From Thermoanaerobaculia bacterium (GTDB lineage Bacteria; Acidobacteriota; Thermoanaerobaculia; Multivoradales; Multivoraceae), in the NCBI GenBank assembly GCA_963664405.1, contig OY761158.1, positions 288,001 to 352,000 of the forward strand: a DNA stretch of 64,000 nucleotides, in the 5' to 3' direction. Made by a program: the position numbers and the translations under genes. Positions 1 to 9,639 of this stretch are shown in pieces; position 1 is the first letter of the stretch; every line of letters begins with the position of its first letter. Below the pieces are notes generated by a model that saw only the letters and a program-made list of their open reading frames with translations, was not told where the DNA came from and searched no databases.

Positions 1-612
1 GGAGCGGAAGTACCGGGCAGGGAGTACACGCAGGAGTACGAGGCCGCTTTCCTCACCTTCGAGAAGCGCCACACCGGCGGCTGGTCGCTGTACTCGTCCC
101 TCGCCTGGTCGGAGACGAAGGGATTCCAGGCTCGGCCACTCACCCAGAGCCAAGGGCAAACTTACTTCCACAGTGATGATGGCAAAGATCCGAACCACCA
201 TCTCTTCAATGGAGGCCTCGGATCAGCCGACCGTCCGTGGGTGTTTCGGGTTCAGGGAATGGTCGACCTGCCCTGGCAGCTCAAGGCGACAGCCAACTTC
301 AACTATCAGGACGGCAGACCGTGGAGACATCAGGCGCGCGTGGGACTGAACCAGGGGTTTGTCACGGTTCCACTCGAGCCGATGACCGGCGACCGCCGGT
401 ATCCAACCAACACCAACCTCGACCTCGGTCTTATGCGTCGGTTCCTGCTCGGCGATCGGCTCGGGTTGAGCGTCGACCTCCAGGTGTTGAACGTCTTCAA
501 CGACGACACCCACTATTTCTGGGGGGGCTACGGCTTATACCCCCTTGAGCTCACTCCCTCGCACTACACCTATCCGCGGCGGCTGGCGGTGCGGGTGGGT
601 GTGGACTGGTAG
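1..612 (+). CDS. TonB-dependent receptor, C-terminal part (5' truncated by window edge)
   Basis: Open frame from base 1 (GAEVPGREYTQEYEAAFLTFEKRHTGGWS...) to TAG 612, ending in an outer-membrane-type terminal aromatic residue (VRVGVDW); aligns by eye with the C-terminus of the TBDR at 14109-16925. Confidence 0.85.
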   Translation, partial: GAEVPGREYTQEYEAAFLTFEKRHTGGWSLYSSLAWSETKGFQARPLTQSQGQTYFHSDDGKDPNHHLFNGGLGSADRPWVFRVQGMVDLPWQLKATANFNYQDGRPWRHQARVGLNQGFVTVPLEPMTGDRRYPTNTNLDLGLMRRFLLGDRLGLSVDLQVLNVFNDDTHYFWGGYGLYPLELTPSHYTYPRRLAVRVGVDW

Positions 613-614
613 AC

Positions 615-1121
615 ATGAGAGAGACACCCGAGGCCCGACTCCTCGTCGATCGCCGTCGTCTACTGGCGTCGACCTCGTTGGGAGTCGCTGCGGCGGCTTT
701 CCTGCCGCGGTCGGCGCGCGCCGACCTGACGGCGGACGAGAAGGCGCATTTACAGACCGCTCGCGACTTCACTAAGGCGCTGGAGACGCCCGACTGGGAT
801 CGGGTCGAGAGCCTCCTCGCCGAGGACGCCCGATTCTGGACCCACATGGACGCGGCCACCGGCGGGGACTGGGCCCGCAAAGGGGTGAAGGGCCGAACGG
901 CGATCATGGACACGATGGAGTCGTGCTGCTTTGACAACACGGATCTGAAGCTCATGATCACGCGCGAAGAGGCGCTCGGACACGTGGTCATCCAGGAGCG
1001 TCAAGATAGTTACACCGACGGGGACGGCACTCGAGTCGATGTGGCCATCACCAGTATGTTCCTCGTCCACAAGGGCAAAATCGAGGTTTGGTTCGAGCTT
1101 ATCGGGGAGCTCCCCGCCTAG
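615..1121 (+). CDS. Tat-signal NTF2/SnoaL-like protein (limonene-epoxide-hydrolase-like fold)
   Basis: Twin-arginine leader DRRRLLASTSLGVAAAAFLPRSARA; NTF2-like motifs DWDRVESLLAEDARF, VIQERQD, GKIEVW; paralog at 13559-14077. Confidence 0.7.
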   Translation: MRETPEARLLVDRRRLLASTSLGVAAAAFLPRSARADLTADEKAHLQTARDFTKALETPDWDRVESLLAEDARFWTHMDAATGGDWARKGVKGRTAIMDTMESCCFDNTDLKLMITREEALGHVVIQERQDSYTDGDGTRVDVAITSMFLVHKGKIEVWFELIGELPA

Positions 1122-1176
1122 CGAATCGGCGAACCGGAGAGGGTGCACGACACCAGAGTGATGAGCTGGATCCGGG

Positions 1177-1232
1177 TTGACGTTCCGTAGGGCTTGGCGA
1201 TAGTGTTCTGACAGCTCTATAGACTGTCAGAA
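1177..1232 (+). promoter_or_regulatory. Putative IS promoter with operator-like palindrome
   Basis: TTGACG-N18-TAGTGT, overlapped/followed by the perfect inverted repeat TTCTGACAG-N9-CTGTCAGAA (1206-1232). Confidence 0.5.
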
Positions 1233-1243
1233 TGGAGGCTGCT

Positions 1244-1663
1244 ATGACCGACACTCCGCCCCGCCTTGCCGAGCTAGAGAAGCGACGCCGAGAAGTGCGA
1301 GAGCTGCTGGCCAATATCGGGGAGATGCGCCCCGGATCTTTGGTCGGACGCTACCGCAAGTGTGGCAAGCCGGGCTGCCACTGTGCTCGGCCCTCCGAGC
1401 AGGGGCATGGCCCCAGCTGGTCACTCACCCGCCGAGTCGAGGGCAAGACCGTGACCAAGGTAATCCCCCCAGGCCCAGGCGTCGAGCGCACCAGAGTGCA
1501 GATTGACGAGTGCCGGCGCTTTCGGCGCCTGGCTCGGGAGCTGATCGAGATCAACGAGCAGCTGTGCGACGCGGCACTGCGAAGGGCGGAGGGTCCGGGG
1601 GAGCAAAAAGGGGGCTCCAGACGATCTTCGAGGCCGAGATCGCGACCGAAGTCGAGACGCTGA
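1244..1663 (+). CDS. IS-associated DUF6788-like protein
   Basis: MRPGSL..YRKCGKPGCHC...GHGP..SLT motif typical of ORFs upstream of ISKra4-type transposases; GGAGG RBS before ATG 1244. Confidence 0.8.
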   Translation: MTDTPPRLAELEKRRREVRELLANIGEMRPGSLVGRYRKCGKPGCHCARPSEQGHGPSWSLTRRVEGKTVTKVIPPGPGVERTRVQIDECRRFRRLARELIEINEQLCDAALRRAEGPGEQKGGSRRSSRPRSRPKSRR

Positions 1664-2961
1664 TCAGCCCAGAGGCGGTCGAGGCGCTCGACTTTGAGGC
1701 CTTGGAGACGAGCGTGCGCCGGCGGGCCCTCGAGCTGGCGGCGCGGGCGGTCGAGCAGCGGCTCAATTCGGATCACACCGATCACGTCGGTGCGGCGGCG
1801 CCGTGCGACTGCGGTCAGACGGCTCGCTACGCGGGTCGTCGGGCCAAACGCTTCGAGACCGTGCTCGGAGCGATGCGCCTGGAGCGGGCGTATTACGACT
1901 GTCCCAACTGTAAGACAGGCTTCTGCCCTCGCGACCGGGGGCTGGGTCTGGAAGGGCGCTCGCTGTCGCCGGCCGTCACCCGGATGGTGGGCACCGTTGG
2001 TGCCCTGGTGAGCTTCCAGGAGGGCAGCGAGCTGCTCTCGGAGCTTTCGGGGATCGAGGTCGGCGCGAAACAGGTGGAGCGCACCGCCGAGGCCTTGGGG
2101 CGTGAGATCGCCCAGCATGAGCGACAGGTCGTCGAGTCCGCCAACTCTTCCGAGATCCCGGAGACACTGTACCTGGGAGTGGACGGCACCGGGGTGCCGA
2201 TGCGCCGCTGCGAGCTTACCGGCCGCCCGGGCAAGCAGCCCGACGGATCGGCCAAGACCCGGGAGGTGAAGCTTTGTACGCTCTGGAGCGCCGAAGCCCG
2301 CGACGACGAGGACCGCCCGGTGCGCGATCGGGGCTCGGTGAGCTACTCCGCCGCCATCGAGACGGCGGCTACTCAGGACGTGGACTCAACCGTGGCTCCC
2401 TTCTGGCAGCGAGTCGAGCGCGAAGCGAAGCGTCGAGGCTTCGATCGTGCCCGACGCCAGGTCTTCCTCGGCGATGGGGCACTGTGGATCTGGAATCTCG
2501 CCGACGAGCTCTTTCCTCGGGCGACCCAGATCGTCGACCTCTTCCACGCCATGGAGCACCTCAGCGAGGTGGCGCGGGCGATCTATGGAGCCTCCAGCGA
2601 CCTCGCCACCGCCTGGGCTCGGCAGCGCTATGACGAGCTCGAGGCCGGAGACCTCGACGCCCTTCTCGGAGTCCTCCGTACGCACCAGACCAGCTGTGAG
2701 GAGGCTCGCAAGGCGGCGGCGTACTTCCAACGCAACCAACACCGTATGCGCTACCATCGCTTCCGCGCCAAAGGGCTCTGCACCTCGACCGGCGTCGTTG
2801 AAGCCGGGTGCAAGGTCGTCGTCGGCCACCGCCTCAAGCGCGCTGGGATGCACTGGAGCCTCAACGGCGCTAACGCCATCCTGGCTCTGCGCTGTGCGAG
2901 GCTCAGCGGCCGATTCGAGATGTTCTGGAACTCCACACACCGCTGCCGACACACTGCGTAA
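1510..2961 (+). CDS. ISKra4-family DDE transposase (start uncertain; possibly -1 frameshift fusion)
   Basis: Zn-ribbon CDCG/YYDCPNC, GVDGTGVP, LGDGALWIW, VDLFHAMEHL, STGVVEAGCK, RLKRAGMHW motifs. Confidence 0.9.
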   Translation: MPALSAPGSGADRDQRAAVRRGTAKGGGSGGAKRGLQTIFEAEIATEVETLISPEAVEALDFEALETSVRRRALELAARAVEQRLNSDHTDHVGAAAPCDCGQTARYAGRRAKRFETVLGAMRLERAYYDCPNCKTGFCPRDRGLGLEGRSLSPAVTRMVGTVGALVSFQEGSELLSELSGIEVGAKQVERTAEALGREIAQHERQVVESANSSEIPETLYLGVDGTGVPMRRCELTGRPGKQPDGSAKTREVKLCTLWSAEARDDEDRPVRDRGSVSYSAAIETAATQDVDSTVAPFWQRVEREAKRRGFDRARRQVFLGDGALWIWNLADELFPRATQIVDLFHAMEHLSEVARAIYGASSDLATAWARQRYDELEAGDLDALLGVLRTHQTSCEEARKAAAYFQRNQHRMRYHRFRAKGLCTSTGVVEAGCKVVVGHRLKRAGMHWSLNGANAILALRCARLSGRFEMFWNSTHRCRHTA

Positions 2962-3054
2962 CAGCCGCACCCAACCACCTCATCTCACAAATCTGACGTA
3001 CACCCAACCGGAGAGGGCTCGCCCCGGGCGCCGCATCTCCAGAAGGAGGACGAC

Positions 3055-3534
3055 ATGGGTTCGACACCAGGCCCCGCACAATCTTCCGCGCTGGCGGACC
3101 CGGCCGGCGCCGCCGCGCACTTTCTGCTCGGAGAATGGGAGGTCACCGTCGGCGACGGTACGCCTATTGGCAAAACCCTCTGGGAGCTGGGTCCCGAGGG
3201 CTGTTACCTGGTCCAGAAGTGGACCGGCCTCGCCGAAGGCGTTCCAGATTCTCTCTGCCTGCTCGCCTACAGCAGCGAAGAGAACAACTGGGCGCTCTTT
3301 GCCGGAGAGTCGAAGCCAGGCGGACGGCGCTCGCTATTCGAAGACGGAAACATGGTTGGCAACGAACTTCGCTTCGTCACCAAGGAAAGCGGAGGCTTGG
3401 CAAAGGGCAAGGCGGGCCGCTTCAGCTACTTCAACCTGCCCGACGGCCGGATCCGCGAGCTATCGCTGCTTTCGTCGGACGGGGGCGAGACCTGGGAGAC
3501 CGAGTACGATCTGGTCTGGCAGCGAAAGAAGTGA
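3055..3534 (+). CDS. Hypothetical beta-barrel protein (DUF1579-like)
   Basis: AGGAGG RBS; FLLGEWEV...GCYLVQKW...SSDGGETW motifs; paralog at 29876-30394. Confidence 0.65.
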   Translation: MGSTPGPAQSSALADPAGAAAHFLLGEWEVTVGDGTPIGKTLWELGPEGCYLVQKWTGLAEGVPDSLCLLAYSSEENNWALFAGESKPGGRRSLFEDGNMVGNELRFVTKESGGLAKGKAGRFSYFNLPDGRIRELSLLSSDGGETWETEYDLVWQRKK

Positions 3535-3564
3535 GTCCGGGTAGGGTCGCGCGGGAAAGAAAGC

Positions 3565-4773
3565 ATGAAGAACGATAAGGCGTTGCGGGCTCGGGCCGAG
3601 CGGGTGATTCCCGGAGGCATGTACGGGCACCAGTCGGTGTCCTACAGGATGCCGAAGAACTACCCGCAGTTCTTCGCGCGTGCCGAAGGCTGCCGACTGT
3701 GGGACGTGGACGACAACGAGTACATCGACTTCATGTGCTCGTACGGACCCATGATTGCCGGCTACCGCAATCCGCGCATCTGCGCTGCGGCCGATGCGCA
3801 GCGCGGCGCGCTCGACATCGCGAACGGCCCACCGGCCCTCATCGTGGACTTGGCCGAGCGCCTGGTAGCTCAAGTCGGGCACGCCGACTGGGCGATCTTC
3901 GCGAAGAACGGCAACGATGCGACGACGGTCTGCAACATGGTCGCGCGAGCCAAGAGTGAGAAGCACAAGATCCTGGTTGCGGCCGGCGCTTACCACGGCT
4001 CTCAGCCGTGGGCAAACCACTTGTCGCGTGGAACGCCGGCAGAGGAGCACGCGAACTACCCGACGTTCACGTACAACGACACAGAAAGCCTGCGCGCGGC
4101 CGCCGAGGCTTCCGCCGGCGACCTCGCGGGAATCGCCGTGTCGGCCTTCAAGCACGACGCGGGCTACCCGCAGGAGCTCGTCGACCCGGCCTTCGCCCGC
4201 GCGGTGCGCCAGATCTGCGACTCGGAGGGAGCCGCCCTCATCCTTGACGAGGTGCGGGCCGGGTTGCGTCTGTCGCTGGATGCGAGCTGGGCGACCCTTG
4301 GCGTCGAGCCGGACCTCTCGGCGTGGGGCAAGGCGATAGCAAACGGAGAGCCGCTTGCAGCAGTTCTGGGCAGCGAGGCGTACCGGGACGCCGCGTCGCA
4401 GATCTTTGTCACGGGCTCGTTCTGGTATCAGGCCGCGCCCTTTGCGGCGGCGCTCGCGACGCTCGACGTCGTAGAGGAGCTCGACGCGCCGACCCGGCTC
4501 CTCGAGCTGGGCCAGGCGTTCAGGGCCGGGCTTGCCGAGCAGGCGCAGCGCTACGGCCACGCGATCCAGCAGACCGGTCCGCCGCAGATGCCGACCGTGA
4601 TGTTCGAGGACGACCCCGAGCTATCGAAGGGCCTTGCGTTCTGCGGGCATGCGCTCGCCAACGGAGTTTACTTACACCCCTGGCACAACATGTTCCTGTC
4701 CGTGGCGCACACCGAGCGCGACATCGAGCAAGCCCTGGCCGGCACAGCGCGCGCCTTCCAGGCGCTCGGCTGA
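3565..4773 (+). CDS. Class III PLP aminotransferase (GSA-aminomutase-like)
   Basis: AEGCRLWDVDDNEYID, AYHG, LILDEVRAGLR, PDLSAWGKAIANG (PLP lysine). Confidence 0.9.
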   Translation: MKNDKALRARAERVIPGGMYGHQSVSYRMPKNYPQFFARAEGCRLWDVDDNEYIDFMCSYGPMIAGYRNPRICAAADAQRGALDIANGPPALIVDLAERLVAQVGHADWAIFAKNGNDATTVCNMVARAKSEKHKILVAAGAYHGSQPWANHLSRGTPAEEHANYPTFTYNDTESLRAAAEASAGDLAGIAVSAFKHDAGYPQELVDPAFARAVRQICDSEGAALILDEVRAGLRLSLDASWATLGVEPDLSAWGKAIANGEPLAAVLGSEAYRDAASQIFVTGSFWYQAAPFAAALATLDVVEELDAPTRLLELGQAFRAGLAEQAQRYGHAIQQTGPPQMPTVMFEDDPELSKGLAFCGHALANGVYLHPWHNMFLSVAHTERDIEQALAGTARAFQALG

Positions 4774-4795
4774 GCCGACGGCGCCCGGGATTGGG

Positions 4796-6181
4796 ATGTC
4801 AGAGACGGCCGATCAAGCCTCGCCCGCAGCTGAGCGAGAGTCGCCCTACCCGGCGCCAGCCTACGCCTGGTACTGCGTCTTCATCCTGACGGGGATCTAT
4901 CTGAACTCTTTTCTCGATCGGCAGATCCTCGGCCTCCTGGTCGACCCGATCAAGGCCGACATGAAGATCTCGGACACCCAGATGGGTTTTCTCATGGGCC
5001 CCTCGTTTGCGATCGCCTACATCATCGCCGGGCTGCCGCTCGGTTGGCTGGCGGATCGGATGAGTCGGCGCTGGTTGATCGCCCTCGGCCAGTTCTTCTG
5101 GTCGCTCGCCTCGGTGAGCTTCGGACTCGGACGCACCTACTCTCAGCTTCTTGCGGCACGAATCTGCGTCGGAGTCGGCGAGGCATCGCTTGGGCCATCG
5201 GCCTATTCCCTGATTACCGACCTCTTCCCGCGGCGTCGCCTTTCCACGGCTATGAGCGTCTACGGCCTCGGGATCTTTCTGGGAGGCGGTCTCGCCAATT
5301 TGGTCGGCGGCTACGTCCTCGAACTCGTCGGAACCGGCACGCTTTACGATCTGCCTTTCGTCGGTCCGCGCAAATCCTGGCAGATGGTCTTCTTTATCAT
5401 CGCCACGCCGACCATTCCGCTCACTCTCTTGCTCCTGACAATACGCGAGCCGATTCGCAGAGGAGTGCACAAAATAGTAGGAGAGGACGGCACGGCACGG
5501 GCGGCGAAGCTGCCGCTCTCGGCCTTCTTGCGCTACGCCCGTCGCAACGCCAAGACCGTACTGAGCCACAACATCGGGTTCGCCTGGCTCTCCTTCGCCG
5601 GCTACGGTTCCGGCGCCTGGGTACCGTCGCTCTTTATTCGCATCCACGGCTGGGAGCCCGCTCTGACCGGCAAGGTGCTGGGTGTGATCCTTATCACCGT
5701 CGGCCCCCTCGGGATCCTGACCGCCGGCTGGCTCGCCGACTGGCTCGGGGAGCGCGGCTACCGTGACGCCACGATCCGCGTCGGCCTGTTCTCGGCCTTG
5801 GCCCCCTTGCCGCTCGTCGTGGCCTACCCGCTGGTGCCGAACGCGACCTTGGCCATCGTGCTCTACGCCGTTGCCTCCTTCTTCGGGGCGATGCCGTGGG
5901 GGATTGCAGTGGCGGCCATCCACGAGATGATGCCGAATCAGATGCGCGGGCAGGCGACGGCCGTCTATCTTTTCGTGGGCGGCCTTCTCGGCACGGCCTT
6001 AGGCCCACAAATCGTGGCGATCGTCACCGACTACGTCTTCAAAGACGAGATGATGGTGCACTACTCGCTGGCTTTGACTGCGTTAATCGCGAAGGCGTTC
6101 GCCGTCGTCTGCTTGGCGATCTGTCTACGCCACTATACGAAGAGCTTGGATCGACTCGAGAGCTGGTCCTTCGACGACTAA
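4796..6181 (+). CDS. MFS transporter (spinster-like)
   Basis: SFLDRQIL, GWLADRMSRR motif A, about 12 hydrophobic segments. Confidence 0.9.
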   Translation: MSETADQASPAAERESPYPAPAYAWYCVFILTGIYLNSFLDRQILGLLVDPIKADMKISDTQMGFLMGPSFAIAYIIAGLPLGWLADRMSRRWLIALGQFFWSLASVSFGLGRTYSQLLAARICVGVGEASLGPSAYSLITDLFPRRRLSTAMSVYGLGIFLGGGLANLVGGYVLELVGTGTLYDLPFVGPRKSWQMVFFIIATPTIPLTLLLLTIREPIRRGVHKIVGEDGTARAAKLPLSAFLRYARRNAKTVLSHNIGFAWLSFAGYGSGAWVPSLFIRIHGWEPALTGKVLGVILITVGPLGILTAGWLADWLGERGYRDATIRVGLFSALAPLPLVVAYPLVPNATLAIVLYAVASFFGAMPWGIAVAAIHEMMPNQMRGQATAVYLFVGGLLGTALGPQIVAIVTDYVFKDEMMVHYSLALTALIAKAFAVVCLAICLRHYTKSLDRLESWSFDD

Positions 6182-6192
6182 AGGAGCGCGCC

Positions 6193-7167
6193 ATGGATTT
6201 CTCGCAAACGGAACTGCTCGACGTCTACCGTCTGATGCGAACGATTCGATCGTTCGAAGAGAAGCTCGAGGAGCTGGTCGCGGCCGGCAAGGTCGGGGGG
6301 TTCATGCACATGTACGCCGGCGAGGAAGCCATCGCGGTGGGCGTGTGTGCGCACCTCGATGACGACGATCAGGTCGGCTCGACCCACCGGGGACATGGCC
6401 ACTGCATCGCCAAGGGGGTGGATGTGAAGGCCATGATGGCCGAGCTCTTCGGCCGCACCACTGGGACCAATCGGGGCAAGGGTGGCTCCATGCATATCGC
6501 CGACGTCGACAGGGGAATGCTCGGCGCGAACGGAATCGTCGGCGGCGGCATTCCGCTGGTGACGGGTGCCGCCCTCAGCGCGCAGGTGCAGGGCCGGAGC
6601 AACGTCGCCGTCAGCTTCTTCGGTGATGGCGCTACCAATCAGGGGCAGTTCCACGAATCGCTGACCATGGCATCGAACTGGAAGCTGCCCGCGGTGTACG
6701 TGTGCGAGAACAATGGCTTCGGCGAGTTCACGCCGACCGATTTCGCAGTGCCCGTGAAGGACATCGTCGAGAGAGCGTCTTCCTACGGAATGCGGGCCGT
6801 CATCGCCGACGGCATGGATTTCTTCGACGTCTACGAGAAGGCGGGACAAGCGATCGAGCTGGCACGTCAGGGAGAGGGGCCGACACTCCTCGAATGCAAG
6901 ACCTATCGGTTCTCCGGCCACTACGTGGGCGACACGACTCCGTATCGCGACAAGGAAGAAGCCGAGGACTGGATCCAGAACCGCGATCCGCTCGATCTCT
7001 TCGAAGCCCGGGTTACCGAAGCGAACCTGCTCGAATCCGACGACTGCCGCACGGTCGACGGCGAGGTGGCCGCCTTTCTCAGCGAAGCCTTCGAGCAGGC
7101 CGAGCAGGGGCCGATGCCCACTCCCGATGACGTCCTGACGGACGTCTACGTGAGGTACAGCGAATGA
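6193..7167 (+). CDS. acoA: TPP-dependent dehydrogenase E1 alpha (acetoin dehydrogenase-like)
   Basis: GFMHMYAGEEA, THRGHGH, GKGGSMH, FFGDGATNQGQFHE..CENN; AAGGAG RBS before ATG 6193. Confidence 0.88.
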   Translation: MDFSQTELLDVYRLMRTIRSFEEKLEELVAAGKVGGFMHMYAGEEAIAVGVCAHLDDDDQVGSTHRGHGHCIAKGVDVKAMMAELFGRTTGTNRGKGGSMHIADVDRGMLGANGIVGGGIPLVTGAALSAQVQGRSNVAVSFFGDGATNQGQFHESLTMASNWKLPAVYVCENNGFGEFTPTDFAVPVKDIVERASSYGMRAVIADGMDFFDVYEKAGQAIELARQGEGPTLLECKTYRFSGHYVGDTTPYRDKEEAEDWIQNRDPLDLFEARVTEANLLESDDCRTVDGEVAAFLSEAFEQAEQGPMPTPDDVLTDVYVRYSE

Positions 7168-8171
7168 CGCGTGAACTCAACACCGGCGGTGCCATCAACG
7201 AGGCCATCGCGATCGCGATGCGAAGCGACCCGAAGGTGATCCTGATCGGCGAGGACGTGGCAGGCGGTGGCGATCGATCATCGGAAGGCACCGAAGAGAT
7301 GGGCGGCGTGCTCGGCACTACGCGCGGCCTGGTTGGTGAGTTCGGCATGAACCGCGTGCGCGATACGCCGATCGCCGAGATGGGCCTGATCGGAACGGCC
7401 GTCGGCGCGGCGGTTACGGGGCTGCGTCCGATCGCCGAGCTGATGTTCATCGACTTCCTCGGCACCTGTCTCGACCCGCTGCTCAATCAGGCGGCGAAGC
7501 TCCGCTACATGTTCGGCGGCAAGGTGAAGGTGCCGCTCACCGTTCGCACCGTGAGCGGTGCCGGCATGCAGGCCGCCGCCCAACACTCCCAGTCGCTGTA
7601 TTGGATCACCACAGGAATCCCCGGTCTGAAGACGGTGATCCCGTCGTCGCCGCGGGACGCGAAGGGGCTGCTGCTTGCCGCCATCCGCGACGACGACCCC
7701 GTGATCTTCTGTGAAGCCAAGGGCATCTTGAACGAGGTCGGCGAGGTTCCCGAGGGTGATTACGAAATCCCCCTCGGCGAAGCCAACTTGATCCGCGAGG
7801 GCAGCGACGTCTCCCTGGTCGCTTTCGGGGCAATGGTGAAGGTGGCGGTGGAGGCGGCCGAGGCGCTCGACGGCGCCGGCACCAGTGCGGAGATCCTCGA
7901 TCTACGCTCGCTCTCGCCGCTCGACGAAGGGGCGATCCTGCGCACGCTCGAAAAGACCGGGCGTCTGGTCGTGATCGACGAATCGACACCGCGCTGTTCG
8001 GTGGCCCGCGACGTGGCGGCCTTGTGTGTCGACCGCGGCTTCGACTTCCTGCAGGCACCCGTGAAGTGCGTCACGGCGCCGCACACGCCCGTACCTTTCA
8101 GCGCTGTTCTAGAGCAGGCGTTCGTCCCCTCGGCCCAGGACGTTCTCGACGCTGTCGGCGAAATGGGCTGA
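7164..8171 (+). CDS. acoB: TPP-dependent dehydrogenase E1 beta
   Basis: IGEDV, RVRDTPIAE, RPIAELMFIDF, NQAAK, AAAQHSQ; ATGA overlap with the alpha gene. Confidence 0.88.
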   Translation: MTRELNTGGAINEAIAIAMRSDPKVILIGEDVAGGGDRSSEGTEEMGGVLGTTRGLVGEFGMNRVRDTPIAEMGLIGTAVGAAVTGLRPIAELMFIDFLGTCLDPLLNQAAKLRYMFGGKVKVPLTVRTVSGAGMQAAAQHSQSLYWITTGIPGLKTVIPSSPRDAKGLLLAAIRDDDPVIFCEAKGILNEVGEVPEGDYEIPLGEANLIREGSDVSLVAFGAMVKVAVEAAEALDGAGTSAEILDLRSLSPLDEGAILRTLEKTGRLVVIDESTPRCSVARDVAALCVDRGFDFLQAPVKCVTAPHTPVPFSAVLEQAFVPSAQDVLDAVGEMG

Positions 8172-8177
8172 GCGAAC

Positions 8178-9449
8178 ATGGCCACCGCGATCTCGATGCC
8201 GAAGCTCGGCATGACCATGGAGGAGGGCACGGTCATCGAGTGGCCGCTGTCCATCGGCGAGCCGGTCGAGAAGGGCGAGATCGTCCTGATCATCGAGTCC
8301 GAGAAGGCCGAAGTCGAAATCGAGGCTGCGACCAGTGGCATCCTCCGGCACACCTACATCGAAACGGGGGACACAGTCCCCTGTGGAACCTTGCTTGGCG
8401 CCATCACCGACACGGTCGAAGAGGAGTTCGACGCCGAGTCGTTTCGAGCCACCGAGGATCGCCCAGAGCCCAAGAGCGCGTCGGGGCTCCAGGTGAAGAC
8501 CGCGCCAGCCTCCGTAGCCAGGTCGACCGCGGCGGCCAGCAAGCCGATCGTGCCCGCCGCGCGCGCCTTGGCCAAGAGACTCGGGATCGATCTTCAACGC
8601 GTTGCCGGAACAGGCCCGGGCGGGCGCGTCACGAAGCAGGACGTCGAAGCCCATGCGGCGGCACGCGAAGCGCTGGTCGAGGTGGCCAAGGGCGTGCGGC
8701 TGGAGGTGCTCGACGCCGGTAGCGGGGACGACGTCGTCCTCCTGCCCGGTCTCGGCACCGACGTTTCGGCCTTCGCGCGGCAGGCGCCTCTGTTGGCCGA
8801 GCGATTTCGGGTGCGCGGCGTCAACCCGCGCGGCGTGGGCCTCTCCGACGCGCCCGATTCAGAAACCTACAGCGTCGCCCAGATGGCGTCGGATGCCGCT
8901 GCCGTATACGAAGGGGCTGCGCATGTGATCGGTGCCAGCCTCGGTGCCGCTGTGGCACTGGAGCTCGCGCTGGACCAGCCCGATCGCGTGAAGTCCCTCA
9001 TCCTGATCACACCCTTCGTCGAGACCACGCCGCGCCTGCTGGCGGTGGCAGAGGGCTGGCGCCGCATGGCGGCCGAGACGACTCCCGAGACCTTGGCCGC
9101 GGCGCTGCTGCCCTGGTTCTTCTCATCGGGGCTCCTGGCTGACACCGCGGTGCGCAGTCGCATGTTGCGAGGCCTGTCCCAGACCGTGGCGCGAGTTCCC
9201 GCCGCCACACTCGACCGCATGATCGCCGGAATGGCGAGCTGGTCCGGTACCCGCGTCGACGACCTCGCCAAGCTATCGGTGCCGACGCTCGTCGTCGCCG
9301 CCGGCGAGGACCTGCTCACGCCCGGCTCGGACGCCATCGCCCGGGCCATCCCCGCAGCGCGGCTGCACGTCGAGCCGCGGGCGGGTCACGCGGTCGCACT
9401 GGAAGCTCCCGACGCGGTCAACCGGGCGATCGCGGACCACCTCGGGTGA
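8178..9449 (+). CDS. acoC: Lipoyl domain + subunit-binding domain + alpha/beta hydrolase (AcoC-like)
   Basis: MPKLGMTMEEG...ESEK lipoyl motif, GTGPGGRVTKQDV, hydrolase GASLG and C-terminal AGH. Confidence 0.8.
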   Translation: MATAISMPKLGMTMEEGTVIEWPLSIGEPVEKGEIVLIIESEKAEVEIEAATSGILRHTYIETGDTVPCGTLLGAITDTVEEEFDAESFRATEDRPEPKSASGLQVKTAPASVARSTAAASKPIVPAARALAKRLGIDLQRVAGTGPGGRVTKQDVEAHAAAREALVEVAKGVRLEVLDAGSGDDVVLLPGLGTDVSAFARQAPLLAERFRVRGVNPRGVGLSDAPDSETYSVAQMASDAAAVYEGAAHVIGASLGAAVALELALDQPDRVKSLILITPFVETTPRLLAVAEGWRRMAAETTPETLAAALLPWFFSSGLLADTAVRSRMLRGLSQTVARVPAATLDRMIAGMASWSGTRVDDLAKLSVPTLVVAAGEDLLTPGSDAIARAIPAARLHVEPRAGHAVALEAPDAVNRAIADHLG

Positions 9450-9453
9450 ATCA

Positions 9454-9555
9454 TCACGCCGGACTGGTGACTCGGTTGTAGAGGCCGGTGTTGAAATCCC
9501 TGATGAGATCGATTGCATCGTGTTGTGGCTCATCAAAGCGATCTCTCTCGGACAT
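9454..9555 (-). pseudogene. 33-aa internal-deletion remnant of a glycoside hydrolase paralog
   Basis: Reads MSERDRFDEPQHDAIDLIRDFNTGLYNRVTSPA* = N-terminus fused to C-terminus of the 33849-34958 protein; upstream sequence also conserved. Confidence 0.85.
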
Positions 9556-9639
9556 AGCGGTTCCCTCTACCCTGCAGGCTCGGCGTAGACGGCCGCGACC
9601 GAGTTCCGCGATGAGATGGGCGGGCGGGCTCCAGATTGC

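Larger units (their letters stand above)
1141..3005 (+). mobile_element. ISKra4-family insertion sequence, 1865 bp, intact ends
   Basis: Ends GGGTGCACGACA (1141) and TGACGTACACCC (3005) are imperfect inverted repeats; 9-bp direct repeat AACCGGAGA at 1132-1140 and 3006-3014; contains two ORFs. Confidence 0.9.
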
